DNA of 64,000 nucleotides from Campylobacter sp. MIT 12-8780 (GTDB taxonomy: Bacteria > Campylobacterota > Campylobacteria > Campylobacterales > Campylobacteraceae). Positions 48,749 to 59,986 of the stretch are shown in pieces; position 1 is the first letter of the stretch, and each line of letters opens with the position of its first letter. The stretch covers positions 129,597 to 193,596 of the forward strand of contig NZ_QHLL01000001.1 in the NCBI RefSeq assembly GCF_006864535.1, read 5' to 3'. Made by a program: the position numbers and the translations under genes. The notes under the pieces were generated by a model that searched no databases, was not told the origin of the DNA, and worked only from the letters and a program-made list of their open reading frames with translations.

Positions 48749-50580
48749 AAATCCTTAATCAAATCTTTTGTTTTCAAAACCCATTGTTTTTGTTTTTCAA
48801 TCTGGCTTTTGTATTTGTTAATGATAGCAAATTTTTGTAAAATTAAAACCTTAAAAGCTGAATTTAAATCCTCGTATTTTTTTAAGATAAAAGGCTTATC
48901 GATAAGCAAAGCCTCAAATTCGTAAAAATTTAGCTCAGTAAGCATTCTTTCATAAATTTCATGATATTCTGGGTGATAAAGATGAAATTCAGTGCTATCA
49001 AGTTCGAAAAATTCACGACTTTCATTGATCTTGCGACTAAAAAAGCTTAAAGTAAGCTTACTTGCACTTTCATAATTTGTCAAAGCTTTAATGCTAAGCT
49101 TTTCAAAAAACAAATCAAGCTTTAAACTCTCTTCAAACAAAGCCTGCTTAAAGTCCTTTAAAAAAAGCTCATCACTCGCTCCCACAAAGGCTCTTAGCTC
49201 TGAAAAATCCACCTCACTTTGCAAGGTTTCGTCTTTTTGAATATGCAAAAACTCGGATTTAAACAAAATGATTTTTTGTTCTAAGTATGAGAAAATACCC
49301 TTTAAATCAAGCTTTAAGCCTTCAAATTCTTTAAAAATTTGAGTTTTCATTTTTTTAAATTCTTTGTTGAGTTTATCGCTGTGATAAAACAAATTTAAAA
49401 ATACCTCATCACTTGCTATAGCTGGGGCTTTGTATTCGTGTTTTTGATATAAGTTTTTGTGTAAAAAGCTTGTGCTTGGAGTGTAAAAATAAGCTTGTTT
49501 TTCTTTGATGTTTGCTCCTATTTCTTGGGCTATTTTTTCACTCAAAGCCTTAAGATGAGTAAGCACTTCTAAGCTAAGTAAATCAATCTTTTGCTTGATA
49601 ATGCTTTCATTTTGTGTTAAAAAATCCTCATAAGTTTTAAAAATATTAACAAGTTTTTCAAGTATGTTTTCAAAAAGCAAGTATTGAGAAAGTAGAATTT
49701 CACAGAGTTTTAAAAGCCTTGTTTTGATGAAATTTTTATGCAGTTTTTGCGTATCTAAGCTTTGTAAATGTTTAAGCAAGGCATTGAAATTTGAGCGCTC
49801 ATAGCTTTGTTTAGACTTAGCTTCTTTGCAAGATAAGGGTATGATTGCATTGTTAAAATACTTCCCAAAGACTTCTGTAGCGTAGTTTAAAACCCGTTCA
49901 AGTTCAACTTGATCGAGTTTGTCTTTTTGATTAAGCACGCAAAGGCTTTGGGTATCTTTTAAAAGCTCTAAATGCGATATGATAGCGTCTTCCTCGCTTT
50001 TTTTACCTGCATTATCAATCAAAGAAAGCCAAATAACACTATGTATATTTTCAAGCTCGCTAAAAGCACTTTTATCATCTGTTGCATTTGCATTTAAGCC
50101 GGGCATATCCACTAAAGTAAGCTTTTCAAGCAAGGGTATGGGAGCAAAAAGGGTAAGGCTTTTTACTGCTTGAAGTTCTTTTCTTTGATCTGTATAAAAA
50201 CCAAGTTCGCTTAGCTCGCAAAGCTTTTCAAAGCCATTTTCAAACTCAACCTTTAGCAAATATTCCTTTGCATAACGCAAAAAAGTAGGCTTAAAGGTAA
50301 CCGGCACAGCTCCTGTTGGAAGAATTTCTTTTTGCAAGATAAGATTTAAAAGGCTTGATTTGCCACTTGAAAACTGCCCCAAAATAGCTACATTTATAGG
50401 CTTTTCTAGGCTTGCAATGATAGAGTTTAGACGAGTTAAAAAAGACGCACTAGCATGCAAAAAAGGCTCATGAAAACGCATTTTAATGCGTTCTAACTCG
50501 CCTTTAAAATCATTTTGAAATTCTTGTTTGTATTCTTTTTCATAGGCATTGATAAAATCTTTAATAAGCTTAATGTGCAT
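48745..50580 (-). CDS. bacterial dynamin-like protein (DLP2-type)
   Basis: 611 aa with the GTPase P-loop GQFSSGKSS and a DMPG motif (DxxG switch II). The rest is long helical stalk. In C. jejuni this position is occupied by Cj0412. Confidence 0.8.
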   Translation of the reverse strand: MHIKLIKDFINAYEKEYKQEFQNDFKGELERIKMRFHEPFLHASASFLTRLNSIIASLEKPINVAILGQFSSGKSSLLNLILQKEILPTGAVPVTFKPTFLRYAKEYLLKVEFENGFEKLCELSELGFYTDQRKELQAVKSLTLFAPIPLLEKLTLVDMPGLNANATDDKSAFSELENIHSVIWLSLIDNAGKKSEEDAIISHLELLKDTQSLCVLNQKDKLDQVELERVLNYATEVFGKYFNNAIIPLSCKEAKSKQSYERSNFNALLKHLQSLDTQKLHKNFIKTRLLKLCEILLSQYLLFENILEKLVNIFKTYEDFLTQNESIIKQKIDLLSLEVLTHLKALSEKIAQEIGANIKEKQAYFYTPSTSFLHKNLYQKHEYKAPAIASDEVFLNLFYHSDKLNKEFKKMKTQIFKEFEGLKLDLKGIFSYLEQKIILFKSEFLHIQKDETLQSEVDFSELRAFVGASDELFLKDFKQALFEESLKLDLFFEKLSIKALTNYESASKLTLSFFSRKINESREFFELDSTEFHLYHPEYHEIYERMLTELNFYEFEALLIDKPFILKKYEDLNSAFKVLILQKFAIINKYKSQIEKQKQWVLKTKDLIKDL

Positions 50581-52786
50581 GGTTTAAACTTTCTTTGATA
50601 TGTATAAGCTTTGCTTTTTTTGCTTCATTTTGCTCTAAAATAAGGCTTAAATTTTCAGTATCAAGCTTTTCAAGCCTTTGTTTAAACTCAAGCTCTTTTT
50701 CTTTGTGTGCCAAGACAAGTTCATTAACCTTATCTTGCAAAAAGCTAAACATTTCATTTTCTAAGCTTAACTTTCCAACAAATTCAGCACAATCAAAAGC
50801 TTGTAAAAAGTCCTCAAACAAGGAACTAAGCCTTGCTTTAAAGTCTTTTGCTTCGTTTTTAAGCATAATCAAATTTGAAAACTCACGCGATACATTACGC
50901 AAAAGCTCAAGGGCTAAAAACTGCGTAAAAGCTGTTGAAGCAAGCTTTCTAAAAGCTTGAATATCATTTAAAAACTCAGTGTTTTTTGCTTTGTATTTAA
51001 GGCTAAGCTTTTCGTTAAATGCTTCAGTTATTTTAAGGTTTTGAAAATAAATTTGACGCAAAATGTCATTAAAACCATCTTCTAAATTTTGTAAGAAAAT
51101 TTTTTCTAAAGCTTCAAGTGCCCTAGAATTTGCTTTAGCGTAGTTAAACTCATCATTAAGCTTGTTTTCAAGTCTTTTAAATAAAGTTTTAAGACTAGAG
51201 TTTGCAAGGAGGTTATTTGCTTTTAGTTCAGCTTTGAATTCTTTTAACTTGGCTTTTAAACTCTCAAGCTTTTTAGCTTCAGTCTTAAATTCGCTTAAAA
51301 GCTTTATATTTTCATCATTTAAGCCTAAATTTTTACTTTGCAAGGCTTTGTTTTCACGCTCTAATTTTTCTATAAGCTCGTCTGTAATGAGCTTAAGTTC
51401 GTTTTTAAAGCTTTCAAGCACAAGTTTTGACTTTGTAGAGCTAAAAATTTGCTGGTATAAATAAGTCTCAAGACGCGGAATTTGACTTTGCATAAGAGTG
51501 TTTTCATCAGCTTTGTTTTCATAAAATTCTAAAGCTTGTTTTGAACTTATGCTTAAAAAATCAATCTTTTCAAGCAAAAACTCATCTAAACCTTGCTCCT
51601 TTAGTCTTTGTTTAAGGCTTTTTTGTGTGTAAGTAATCACTTCATCAAGCTCATTTTGAGTAAGTAAATCAGCCTTTGAGATGATGATTAAAAAACGACT
51701 TATACGAGAATTATTAAGGCAAGCAAGCAAAAACTCACTATCTTTTTGGCTTAAACTTTGGCTTGCATTCATAAGATACATTAAAAAATCACAATTATTC
51801 AAATAATCCTTGCTTAACTGCTCTCTTTGCACAAACACATCATCAAGCCCGGGCGTGTCGATGATAGTGATATTATCTTTTAAAAAATCAAGCTCACTGA
51901 AAAGTTCTATTTTTTGGATTAAAACTGAAAGTGGATTTTTAGCGCTACTATAAAAACTGAGTTCATTAAGCTTAATGTCCTTACTTAAGCTTTCATCGCC
52001 TATAAGATCTTTAATTTGAGGCTTAAGCTCGTTTAACACTTTAGCCAAGCCTTCATCATACAAGGCATTTTTTTGCAGACTTTCAAACTCGGCTTTATTC
52101 CAAAAATACAGCTTTGCTTTTGGCTCTTGAGCGTATTTTAAAAGGGTTAAATTAGCCGTTTCAGGTATGTTTGAAACGCCTAGAATTCGTGTTTTTAAAA
52201 GAGCATTTAAAAGACTTGATTTGCCAGCATTCATTATGCCAGCAACGACGATGTTAAACTCAGTGTTTTTAAAACGCATTAAAGCATTATTTAGTCTTTG
52301 ATTTAAATTTGGTGTATCGCTTAAACTTAAAAGCTCATTGCAAAGGCTTTCAAGTTCTTTTGATTCGGTAAAAAAACCTTGTTTTTTATCTTGCACTTCA
52401 CATTTAAAATGCTCTAAAAATGCGCTCACGCACTCAGTATCAGCTATGCTTTTTAAAAGCTTTAAGGCTCTTAAGAGTTGATCTTTTTCAAAAAAGCCAA
52501 GTTTTAGGGTATTTAAAATTTGAAGCTGGGCAAGTTGGATACTGAAAATATCAGCCCTTAAGTGAAACTTTTTTAAAATTTGAGTGAAAAGTTCAAGCTT
52601 TAAAAATCTTTCATAATTTTCATCATTTGCGCTTAAAATGATAGCACATTCAGCCTCGTTTATATCAAGATGATTTTCAAGCTTGCTTGAGCTGTCAAGA
52701 TAGAGTAAATGCTGTTTCCATAGCCTTTTAAGCAAGTCAAGCCCCTCAAAATGAGGGGAGTTTTCATTTGTTTCTTTGGGCAACAA
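50570..52786 (-). CDS. bacterial dynamin-like protein (DLP1-type)
   Basis: 738 aa with P-loop GIMNAGKSS and switch II DTPG, then a long helical bundle. Overlaps DLP2 by 11 nt and frdB by 23 nt. Confidence 0.8.
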   Translation of the reverse strand: MLPKETNENSPHFEGLDLLKRLWKQHLLYLDSSSKLENHLDINEAECAIILSANDENYERFLKLELFTQILKKFHLRADIFSIQLAQLQILNTLKLGFFEKDQLLRALKLLKSIADTECVSAFLEHFKCEVQDKKQGFFTESKELESLCNELLSLSDTPNLNQRLNNALMRFKNTEFNIVVAGIMNAGKSSLLNALLKTRILGVSNIPETANLTLLKYAQEPKAKLYFWNKAEFESLQKNALYDEGLAKVLNELKPQIKDLIGDESLSKDIKLNELSFYSSAKNPLSVLIQKIELFSELDFLKDNITIIDTPGLDDVFVQREQLSKDYLNNCDFLMYLMNASQSLSQKDSEFLLACLNNSRISRFLIIISKADLLTQNELDEVITYTQKSLKQRLKEQGLDEFLLEKIDFLSISSKQALEFYENKADENTLMQSQIPRLETYLYQQIFSSTKSKLVLESFKNELKLITDELIEKLERENKALQSKNLGLNDENIKLLSEFKTEAKKLESLKAKLKEFKAELKANNLLANSSLKTLFKRLENKLNDEFNYAKANSRALEALEKIFLQNLEDGFNDILRQIYFQNLKITEAFNEKLSLKYKAKNTEFLNDIQAFRKLASTAFTQFLALELLRNVSREFSNLIMLKNEAKDFKARLSSLFEDFLQAFDCAEFVGKLSLENEMFSFLQDKVNELVLAHKEKELEFKQRLEKLDTENLSLILEQNEAKKAKLIHIKESLNHAH

Positions 52787-53489
52787 GTTGTCTTCTCATG
52801 TAGGCGATTTTACTTTGTAAAGGAAGCTCTTTAGGGCAATTATCCTCACAAGCAAGTAAGCTCATACAACCAAAAACACCATCATCATCGCCAACTAGCT
52901 CGTAAAAATCCTCTACACTTCTTTCATCGTGCGGATCTTGTAAATATCTAGCTGTTCTTAAAAGTCCTGTAGCACCGATGAAATTTGGACGCATAAGTTT
53001 AGTCGCGCAACTTGCAAGACAAATGCCACATTCAATGCAGCGATCAAGCTCAAAGGTTTCATCAGCCACTTCTGGTTCTATTTTTTCTTCTATCTTGCTA
53101 ATATCAGTTTCTTTATCAGTATGCACCCAGCTTTCAACGCGTTTACACATATCCTCAAACCATTCGCCAGTATTTACGCTTAAATCTTTAATATGCCTAA
53201 AGGCTGGCATAGGCATAAGCTCTATGACGCCATCTTTATAGTCCTTTGTCAAGGTTTTACAAGCAAGTTTTGGCACCCCATTAATCATCATAGCACAACT
53301 TCCACAAATTCCAGCCCTGCATACAAAATCAAAGCTCAAATCCGCATCAAATTTTTCGCGGATTAAAGTAAGGCATACAAAAATCGTCATAAAAGGCGTT
53401 TCTTCAAGTTCATAACTTACAAATTGTGGTTTTGAAATTTTACTTAGCGGATTGTATTTTAAGGCTCTAATAGTAAGCTTTCTACTCAT
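52764..53489 (-). CDS. frdB: fumarate reductase iron-sulfur subunit
   Basis: 241 aa with 2Fe-2S and 4Fe-4S cysteine clusters ([31 protein letters not shown]). Confidence 0.9.
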   Translation of the reverse strand: MSRKLTIRALKYNPLSKISKPQFVSYELEETPFMTIFVCLTLIREKFDADLSFDFVCRAGICGSCAMMINGVPKLACKTLTKDYKDGVIELMPMPAFRHIKDLSVNTGEWFEDMCKRVESWVHTDKETDISKIEEKIEPEVADETFELDRCIECGICLASCATKLMRPNFIGATGLLRTARYLQDPHDERSVEDFYELVGDDDGVFGCMSLLACEDNCPKELPLQSKIAYMRRQLVAQRNK

Positions 53490-55473
53490 AATCTACTCCT
53501 ATTCTTTGATTTTTGGCTTTATATTTGGCTTGAAGCTCATAAGGCATAAGTGCTTCTTGGATTTCATAACGTCCTTTGCCTTCATTTTCCATTTTTTCTC
53601 TTATGCTATCAACTTCTTCTTGTCTTTTGGCTGAAAGTGGATTTTCTATGATATTACCTTTGGCGCCATATCCTCTAAAGGCTGGTGGCATTTCCATTTT
53701 CATAATATCAAGTTCATCATATTCAACACGAGGCATATTTTCACCCTCTACCCAATAAGTAAGTGTTCTTTTCATCCAATTTAAATCATCTCTTTTTGGA
53801 TAATCCTCTCTGTAATGTGCCCCACGACTTTCAGTTCTTAAAAGTGCGCCATAAGCTACGCAAAGTGCAACTTTAAGCATTCTTGGCACCCTGTAAGCTT
53901 CTTCAAGCTCTGGATTAGCACAATCAAGCTCTTTGTTATGCACTTTAACATCTAAGGACTTTTTATACAGCTCTTCAAGCTCATCAACAGCTTCTTTTAA
54001 GCCCTCTCCTGTGCGGAAAATGGCTACTTTTTCCCACATAATCTCTTTCATCTTGTTTTTGATCTCAAAAACATCGTTCTTGCCATCTTTGTTTGCAAGA
54101 CTTTTGAGGTATTCATACTCTTTGGTTAAAAAGTCTTTAACTATGTTTGTATCAATCACTTCGCCATTTTTCTTACAATAATCAGCAAAATAATCCCCCA
54201 CTATCATACCCGCAACAACAGTTTCAGCACATGAGTTTCCACCTAGGCGGTTAAAGCCGTGCATATCCCAGCATGCTGCCTCTCCACATGCAAAAAGTCC
54301 ATCAAGCCACTGACTTTCTCCTGTTGGTTTGGTGCGAATGCCGCCCATTGAGTAGTGTTGCATAGGTAAAACCGGCGCCCAGCCCTTAGGTCCTTCATCA
54401 GCTGGATCGATACCATTAAAGGTTTTGCAAATATCTTGCACATCTCTTAAGTTTTTTTCTATATGAGCGCGTCCTAAGATAGAAATATCAAGCCATAAAT
54501 GATCCCCATAAGGACTTTTCACGCCTTTACCTTTGCGAATATGCTCCATCATTCTACGACTTACCACATCACGACTTGCAAGCTCTTTTTTCTCCGGCTC
54601 ATAATCAGGCATAAAGCGGTATCCATCAACATCTCTTAACACGCCTCCATCGCCTCTACAACCTTCAGTAAGTAAAATCCCACTTGGCACTATAGGCGTT
54701 GGGTGAAATTGCACCGCTTCCATATTGCTTAGTCTGCAAAGTCCTGTTTCAAGGGCTATAGCTGCACCTGTGCCTTCGCAAATTACAGCATTTGTTGTTT
54801 GTTTATAAATCCTGCCATAGCCTCCTGTTGCTATCATAGTTCCTCTTGCAACAAAGGCTGTAAGTTCGCCATTTGTCAAATCCCTTGCTATAACGCCAAG
54901 ACATTTTTTGCCATCATGCATAATGCGAACCGCTTCCATTCTATCTATGATCTTAACCTCATTTTTAATGGCTTCATTTGCCACCCCATAAAGCATACAA
55001 TGCCCTGTAGCATCGGCTATAAAACAGGTTCTCCATTTTTTAGTGCCACCAAAATCCCTTGCATTGATAAGCCCATGAGCAGCTTCTTTTTCCTCAATAA
55101 CTGTTTTTTGAGCATTAATTACAACTGTTCTTGGTCCTTTTGTTACCCTAGTCCAAGGCACGCCCCAAGAAGCAAGCTCACGCACAGCCTTTGGTGCAGT
55201 TTGAGCAAACATTCTAGCCACTTCTTGATCACAGCCCCAATCAGAGCCCTTAACTGTATCTGCAAAGTGTAAGTCTTCATTATCGCCCTCGCCCTTAGCT
55301 CCATTTCCAAGACTTGCTTGCATACCGCCTTGAACCGCTGCTGAGTGCGAACGTTTTACCGGACATATACTTAAAAGGGTTACACTTTGATCTGTTTTTG
55401 CTACTTCAATGGCAGCTCTAAGCCCAGCTAAACCACCACCTATTACGAGTGCGTCACTATATTGAATATTCAT
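53482..55473 (-). CDS. frdA: fumarate reductase flavoprotein subunit
   Basis: 663 aa with FAD-binding N-terminus [15 protein letters not shown], the covalent-FAD His region ([10 protein letters not shown]), and the catalytic HYSMGG motif. Confidence 0.95.
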   Translation of the reverse strand: MNIQYSDALVIGGGLAGLRAAIEVAKTDQSVTLLSICPVKRSHSAAVQGGMQASLGNGAKGEGDNEDLHFADTVKGSDWGCDQEVARMFAQTAPKAVRELASWGVPWTRVTKGPRTVVINAQKTVIEEKEAAHGLINARDFGGTKKWRTCFIADATGHCMLYGVANEAIKNEVKIIDRMEAVRIMHDGKKCLGVIARDLTNGELTAFVARGTMIATGGYGRIYKQTTNAVICEGTGAAIALETGLCRLSNMEAVQFHPTPIVPSGILLTEGCRGDGGVLRDVDGYRFMPDYEPEKKELASRDVVSRRMMEHIRKGKGVKSPYGDHLWLDISILGRAHIEKNLRDVQDICKTFNGIDPADEGPKGWAPVLPMQHYSMGGIRTKPTGESQWLDGLFACGEAACWDMHGFNRLGGNSCAETVVAGMIVGDYFADYCKKNGEVIDTNIVKDFLTKEYEYLKSLANKDGKNDVFEIKNKMKEIMWEKVAIFRTGEGLKEAVDELEELYKKSLDVKVHNKELDCANPELEEAYRVPRMLKVALCVAYGALLRTESRGAHYREDYPKRDDLNWMKRTLTYWVEGENMPRVEYDELDIMKMEMPPAFRGYGAKGNIIENPLSAKRQEEVDSIREKMENEGKGRYEIQEALMPYELQAKYKAKNQRIGVDYE

Positions 55474-55485
55474 TTTCTTTACTCC

Positions 55486-56235
55486 TTATCTTTGCATATA
55501 TGTAGGCACATAACGATCGCCTGCTTTATGATCATCGCTTAAACCAACTTTTACATAAGCTGCCATAGTTAAAAGTCCTAGAGCGATGAAAAACACACTG
55601 ATAAGCCATTTAAGCTTTTTAAGTGTTTTGCGACTTGCTTTAGCGTTTTTACCTTCAAACCAGCCCCATTTTACGCAAAGCCTGTAAAGTCCTATACCAC
55701 CATGAAGCTCAACAGCAAAAAGCAAGATAAGATAAAAAGGCCACATTTGAAGCATTCTATCTCCACTACCATAAGGATCGATAGTGTGAGCTTGAAAAAA
55801 CATAAGCCCTAAATGAAGAGAAGCAAAGAAAAACATGATAAAACCAGTGATTGCTTGGATAAACCATAAATTTGTATCGCTATGTTTAATCACTTTTGCG
55901 TGCGTGCGTAAAAGCTGCCATTGTCTAAAATTAATAGGAAATTTACGCATAGCAAGCCCAGCATGCACCACAAACACCACAAACACCACAAACACGATAC
56001 AGGATACCACCCAAGGTTGCGGTGTGCCAAAGATAAAATCGCCCTCAAACATCTTAGCAATCCTATACATAAAATCGCTACTAATAAGAATACTAGAAAC
56101 GAAAAACATATGCCCCCACATAAATAGCCCTAAAAAAAGCCCAGAAGCACTTTGGATAAAGTCAAGCTTAGCAGGCATTTTGCTTTTTTTGCCTTCAGCA
56201 CTTTTTCCTAAGTAGCCTTCAATGATTTGTTGCAT
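55486..56235 (-). CDS. frdC: fumarate reductase cytochrome b subunit
   Basis: 249 aa with 5 transmembrane helices and conserved haem-ligand His residues. First gene of the frdCAB operon. Confidence 0.85.
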   Translation of the reverse strand: MQQIIEGYLGKSAEGKKSKMPAKLDFIQSASGLFLGLFMWGHMFFVSSILISSDFMYRIAKMFEGDFIFGTPQPWVVSCIVFVVFVVFVVHAGLAMRKFPINFRQWQLLRTHAKVIKHSDTNLWFIQAITGFIMFFFASLHLGLMFFQAHTIDPYGSGDRMLQMWPFYLILLFAVELHGGIGLYRLCVKWGWFEGKNAKASRKTLKKLKWLISVFFIALGLLTMAAYVKVGLSDDHKAGDRYVPTYMQR

Positions 56236-56289
56236 TTTTACTCCTTTTTTTGTAAATTCGCATTATCAATTTATATTATATTTGCGAAT

Positions 56290-57135
56290 TTATTTAAAAG
56301 AGCTTAAAAAATAATTTTTGTTAAATCTAAGATAAATATATATTAAAAAAGTAACACCAAACATCACAAGACTTAAAAGCTGTCCCATACTCAAATCAAG
56401 CACTATAAAACCTAAATTTGAATCAGGTTCTCTAAAGAATTCACACACAAAACGCATAAAAGAATAGCTCATCGCATAAACTAAAATCAACTCACCTTGA
56501 AATTTCTGCTTTGTGCGTAAAAAATGAATGAGTAAAAAGATAACAAAACCCTCTAAAAATGCTTCGTAAAGCTGGCTAGGATGGCGTAAAACACCATTTA
56601 CATAAATGCCCCAAGGCACATCAGTTGCTCGCCCAAATAATTCTTGATTTAAAAAATTTCCAATTCGTCCAAAAGTATAGGCTAAAGGCACGCTTAAAGC
56701 GACAAGATCAAGGTATTTAAGCAAATTTGAAAAATACGCTTTTTTAAAACGACGACAAAATAGCAAAGTCGCGATAAATGCTCCTAAAACAGCCCCATGA
56801 AAGCTCATACCGCGAATTCCTACAAATTCGCCATTTTGATCAAAAGGATTAAAAATCTGCCAAGGATGCGTAAGATAAAACAAGGTATAATCATCATAAA
56901 TAAGTATATATCCAAGCCTAGCGCCTAAAATCACGCCAAGTTCTACCCATACAAAATAGCTATCAAGGAGTTTATCACTGATAGGGATTTTATCTTTTTT
57001 GACATAATGTTTTGCCAAAACAAGAGCAAACAAAAGTGCAAAAATGTAACACAAGCTATACCAATACACTTTAAATCCAAAGAATTCAAACGCTATAACA
57101 TCAAAATGAGAATAAATATCTTGCCAAAACTGCAC
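56290..57135 (-). CDS. lgt: prolipoprotein diacylglyceryl transferase
   Basis: Lgt signature ([13 protein letters not shown]). Probable GTG start at 57135 ([12 protein letters not shown]) with an AAGGA Shine-Dalgarno. The ORF-track TTG at 57180 lacks a Shine-Dalgarno. Confidence 0.85.
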   Translation of the reverse strand: MQFWQDIYSHFDVIAFEFFGFKVYWYSLCYIFALLFALVLAKHYVKKDKIPISDKLLDSYFVWVELGVILGARLGYILIYDDYTLFYLTHPWQIFNPFDQNGEFVGIRGMSFHGAVLGAFIATLLFCRRFKKAYFSNLLKYLDLVALSVPLAYTFGRIGNFLNQELFGRATDVPWGIYVNGVLRHPSQLYEAFLEGFVIFLLIHFLRTKQKFQGELILVYAMSYSFMRFVCEFFREPDSNLGFIVLDLSMGQLLSLVMFGVTFLIYIYLRFNKNYFLSSFK

Positions 57136-57233
57136 TCTTTGTCCTTTTGTTTTTCGATTTAGAAAACAAAAATATAGCAAATTAGGCTTAATCTTGCTAT
57201 AATGTCTTTTTAAATTTCTTAAAGTGAGAAAAA

Positions 57234-57962
57234 ATGAAAAAAATTGCTCTTATTTTATCTATAGTTTTGTTTTTAGCTTGTGCAAAAAACTCAGTTCTTA
57301 CCATACCTTTGCCAAGTTTTCAAGCCGAATTTAAAGAAAAATCACAACACACAGATCAAGTAACATATAATTTGCTTCAAATGCAAAAAAAGAATGAGTA
57401 TTCAAGCTATTTTGAGGACTCTATCCTTAAGATAAGACTTGATGAGGAATTAAAACTTTTAGCACAAAAGATAGAAGAAGCAAGCGTGAAACTCCTCCTT
57501 GCCAAAGGATATGATCTTAGCAAGACAAAGCAATATAAGTTAAAAGAAAGCATTGTTGTTCTTATCAAAGAAGAATTTGATCGAGAAAAAACAGACTTTC
57601 TAAAAGGAAAGCAAATAAGCTCAAATTTAAGCCTAGAGCTTGAATTTCAAGCATCTTTTAACAAAGTTAATGATAAAAACAAGGTGCAAACACAAGCAGG
57701 TGTAAAAACAAAACTTGAACCAATCGCGATAAACTACCCTATCAAAAGCGATGAGGGCATAGGCAACTTTAAAGAAAGCATAAGCAGTATCCCAACGCAA
57801 GTCAATGCAAATTTAAAAGAAGCTGTGCTTGATATTGATGAGGTGCTTCGAACCTTTTATTATGAAGTATTAAGCTCTCTTAATGAAAATATTAAAGCTG
57901 AAGATTCACAAGCTGAGGTGATAAGAATGCAAACTCAAGAAGGTATTATCATTTTTGAGTAG
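57234..57962 (+). CDS. hypothetical lipoprotein
   Basis: 242 aa with a signal peptide and lipobox LFLAC. An AAAAATG-proximal GTGAGAAAAA Shine-Dalgarno-like sequence lies upstream. Confidence 0.6.
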   Translation: MKKIALILSIVLFLACAKNSVLTIPLPSFQAEFKEKSQHTDQVTYNLLQMQKKNEYSSYFEDSILKIRLDEELKLLAQKIEEASVKLLLAKGYDLSKTKQYKLKESIVVLIKEEFDREKTDFLKGKQISSNLSLELEFQASFNKVNDKNKVQTQAGVKTKLEPIAINYPIKSDEGIGNFKESISSIPTQVNANLKEAVLDIDEVLRTFYYEVLSSLNENIKAEDSQAEVIRMQTQEGIIIFE

Positions 57963-58485
57963 AAGCTGAAGTGTAAATTTGAGTGATAAAGTTGATATCT
58001 ACAATATCGCCTTGTGCTTTAAAATCAACAGGTGTTTCAAGCTTGATGATATTTTTATACGCATTTAAAGCATCAATAAATTCATAAAATTCAGCCGTGC
58101 TTTTAAGCGTAGCGCTTATGTTAAACTCGGCAAATAAGTATTGGTTTGTGTTTGTATTTTCAAGCTTTTTAAGTTTTACATTTGTAAAATATGTATTTAA
58201 AAATTTTATAAAATCTTCTTCATCAAAACTTGAGTCAAATTGGGTGAAAATTTTCTCATTTTCGCTTCGTAAGGTATTAAGCTTGCTTTCACTAACTTGA
58301 AATTTCTCGTTAAGATGAGCATTAACAGAGTTTTGCGAGTATAATCTCAAGCTTACATTTTTATAATTTTTTACCATAGGTAAGATTAAAATCAAAACAA
58401 GCAAGCCACAAATGAGCACAAAAATCATCGCATAAATAACAAGCTTAACAAGATTGATTTCTTCAAGACTTTTATCATTTTTCAT
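57949..58485 (-). CDS. bitopic membrane protein (PilO-like topology), hypothetical
   Basis: 178 aa with a single N-terminal transmembrane helix, then coiled coil plus a beta-rich C-terminus. Its start overlaps the stop of the upstream gene. Confidence 0.5.
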   Translation of the reverse strand: MKNDKSLEEINLVKLVIYAMIFVLICGLLVLILILPMVKNYKNVSLRLYSQNSVNAHLNEKFQVSESKLNTLRSENEKIFTQFDSSFDEEDFIKFLNTYFTNVKLKKLENTNTNQYLFAEFNISATLKSTAEFYEFIDALNAYKNIIKLETPVDFKAQGDIVDINFITQIYTSASTQK

Positions 58486-59060
58486 TGTATGCTCCCATAA
58501 TTTAAGCTTTTATTTGTGCTTACAAATTTAAACCAGCCGGTATTGAGCGGATAAAAGCTTGTCTTGCTCTCATCAAAAATACTTTTTAGTGGCGTTTGCA
58601 CGAGCAAAGAAAACATTTCTTTCGTTGGTGTAACGCCTCTTAGCTCAAGAGTGTTTTTGTTTAATTGCATACTTTCAAGGCGAATTCCTCCTGATTTAAG
58701 CACGAGATCAAAAAGATTATGAACGACTTTTTTGATCTTTATGTTGCTACCATCTTGTGAAATACTTTCATCACTATTGCTTGAAGCAACGATTTGCAGG
58801 GCAAGCTCTTTTCTTTGGGTAAGCAAGTCAAATAAAGCATCATTTTGGCTTGTCTTTTCTTGCAAAAGCACCGCTTCTTGCCTTTTGCTCTCAAGCTCTG
58901 AGCTTAAAAGCAAATACCTTGCAACGATGAAAAAATATACAGCAAAAATGATAGCTATGCTTAACACAAAAAAAGCGATCCAAATCTTTGCAAATAGGCT
59001 AAAAATAGGCTTTATCTTTGGCTTGATGAAACTATAAGTCATATTTTTAACTCCTTGCAA
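58482..59060 (-). CDS. bitopic membrane protein (PilN-like topology), hypothetical
   Basis: 192 aa with an N-terminal transmembrane helix then coiled coil. Overlaps both neighbours. Confidence 0.5.
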   Translation of the reverse strand: MQGVKNMTYSFIKPKIKPIFSLFAKIWIAFFVLSIAIIFAVYFFIVARYLLLSSELESKRQEAVLLQEKTSQNDALFDLLTQRKELALQIVASSNSDESISQDGSNIKIKKVVHNLFDLVLKSGGIRLESMQLNKNTLELRGVTPTKEMFSLLVQTPLKSIFDESKTSFYPLNTGWFKFVSTNKSLNYGSIQ

Positions 59061-59974
59061 GCAAGCTCATGCATAAGATCAAGTGTATCAATTTGTATCA
59101 CTTGCGGCTTGATAAAAATTTCACCTTCTATATAATCAAGCACTACTGCTGAAATATTTTCATTATCAAAAATCACAAATTCATCGATAAAATTGCCTTT
59201 ATAGAGTGGGTTGTTATAAAATTCTTGTATGCTTGAAAAGATATATGAACACATCTTCATATCGCTTGAAAAATGGCTTAAATCCTCTTTTGTAGTCGTA
59301 GCGTATTTTAAATCATCAAGCTTTTCATCAAGTAAATTATCTAAATTCCCAAAATCATAATTTTCTATATCTATGTCTTCTTCGGGATTATTTTCCTCGC
59401 CTTTTTCTTGTGAAGAAAGGGTGGAGGCATCATCTTGAAGATTGATATCAAAAAAACTTCCAAATAAAATTTCTTTTTCTTTACACACCATCATAGCTAC
59501 GCTTTCAGCTTGCCTATACGCATAAAGCACGATGCCTTTTCTAGCAGCTTGTTGTTTGATACAATAATACAACAAGCTCAAAGGTGAAAAGATAAAATCA
59601 AGCCCACCATAATCCTTAAAACTCTCTTTGTATTCTTGAATATTTGCTAAGGAAGTATAAATTTGAGCATTTGCTAAACTTAAGCAAGAAATATTTTCTG
59701 CATTGACACCAAAACGAGCAAATTCTTTAGTATCATTTGTCGGGATCAAGCCTTGAGTAGGTGCGTTGAAAAACACTGCTATGTAATGAAGCTGGTATTC
59801 TTTAGCAAGATTTTTAAGATAATCAAAAAGTTTTTCCTTATCCTCAAACTGCTTTTCATAGGTATTGATAATCTTTTTATTTTTAATGCTATGGGCGCGA
59901 ATGATATGTGTTTTGCTTTCAAAAACCACACAAACAATCAACTGCAACATATAGCGTCTGAGCGAAAAAAACAT
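59039..59974 (-). CDS. hypothetical cytoplasmic protein (PilM-like position in a three-gene operon)
   Basis: 311 aa with an acidic low-complexity insert (EENNPEEDIDIENYDF). First gene of an overlapping three-gene set. Confidence 0.5.
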   Translation of the reverse strand: MFFSLRRYMLQLIVCVVFESKTHIIRAHSIKNKKIINTYEKQFEDKEKLFDYLKNLAKEYQLHYIAVFFNAPTQGLIPTNDTKEFARFGVNAENISCLSLANAQIYTSLANIQEYKESFKDYGGLDFIFSPLSLLYYCIKQQAARKGIVLYAYRQAESVAMMVCKEKEILFGSFFDINLQDDASTLSSQEKGEENNPEEDIDIENYDFGNLDNLLDEKLDDLKYATTTKEDLSHFSSDMKMCSYIFSSIQEFYNNPLYKGNFIDEFVIFDNENISAVVLDYIEGEIFIKPQVIQIDTLDLMHELACKELKI

Positions 59975-59986
59975 TCCTCTTATCCT

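Noticed and set aside
50595-51464. Two S/L/K-rich + strand ORFs (121 aa and 100 aa)
   Set aside because: Antisense to the coiled-coil stalk of DLP1, and a compositional artefact of the E/K/L-rich sense frame.
55835-56215. + strand ORFs encoding HKHHKHHKH
   Set aside because: Antisense to frdC. The His-Lys repeat is just the complement of the in-frame VFV 9-bp tandem repeat.
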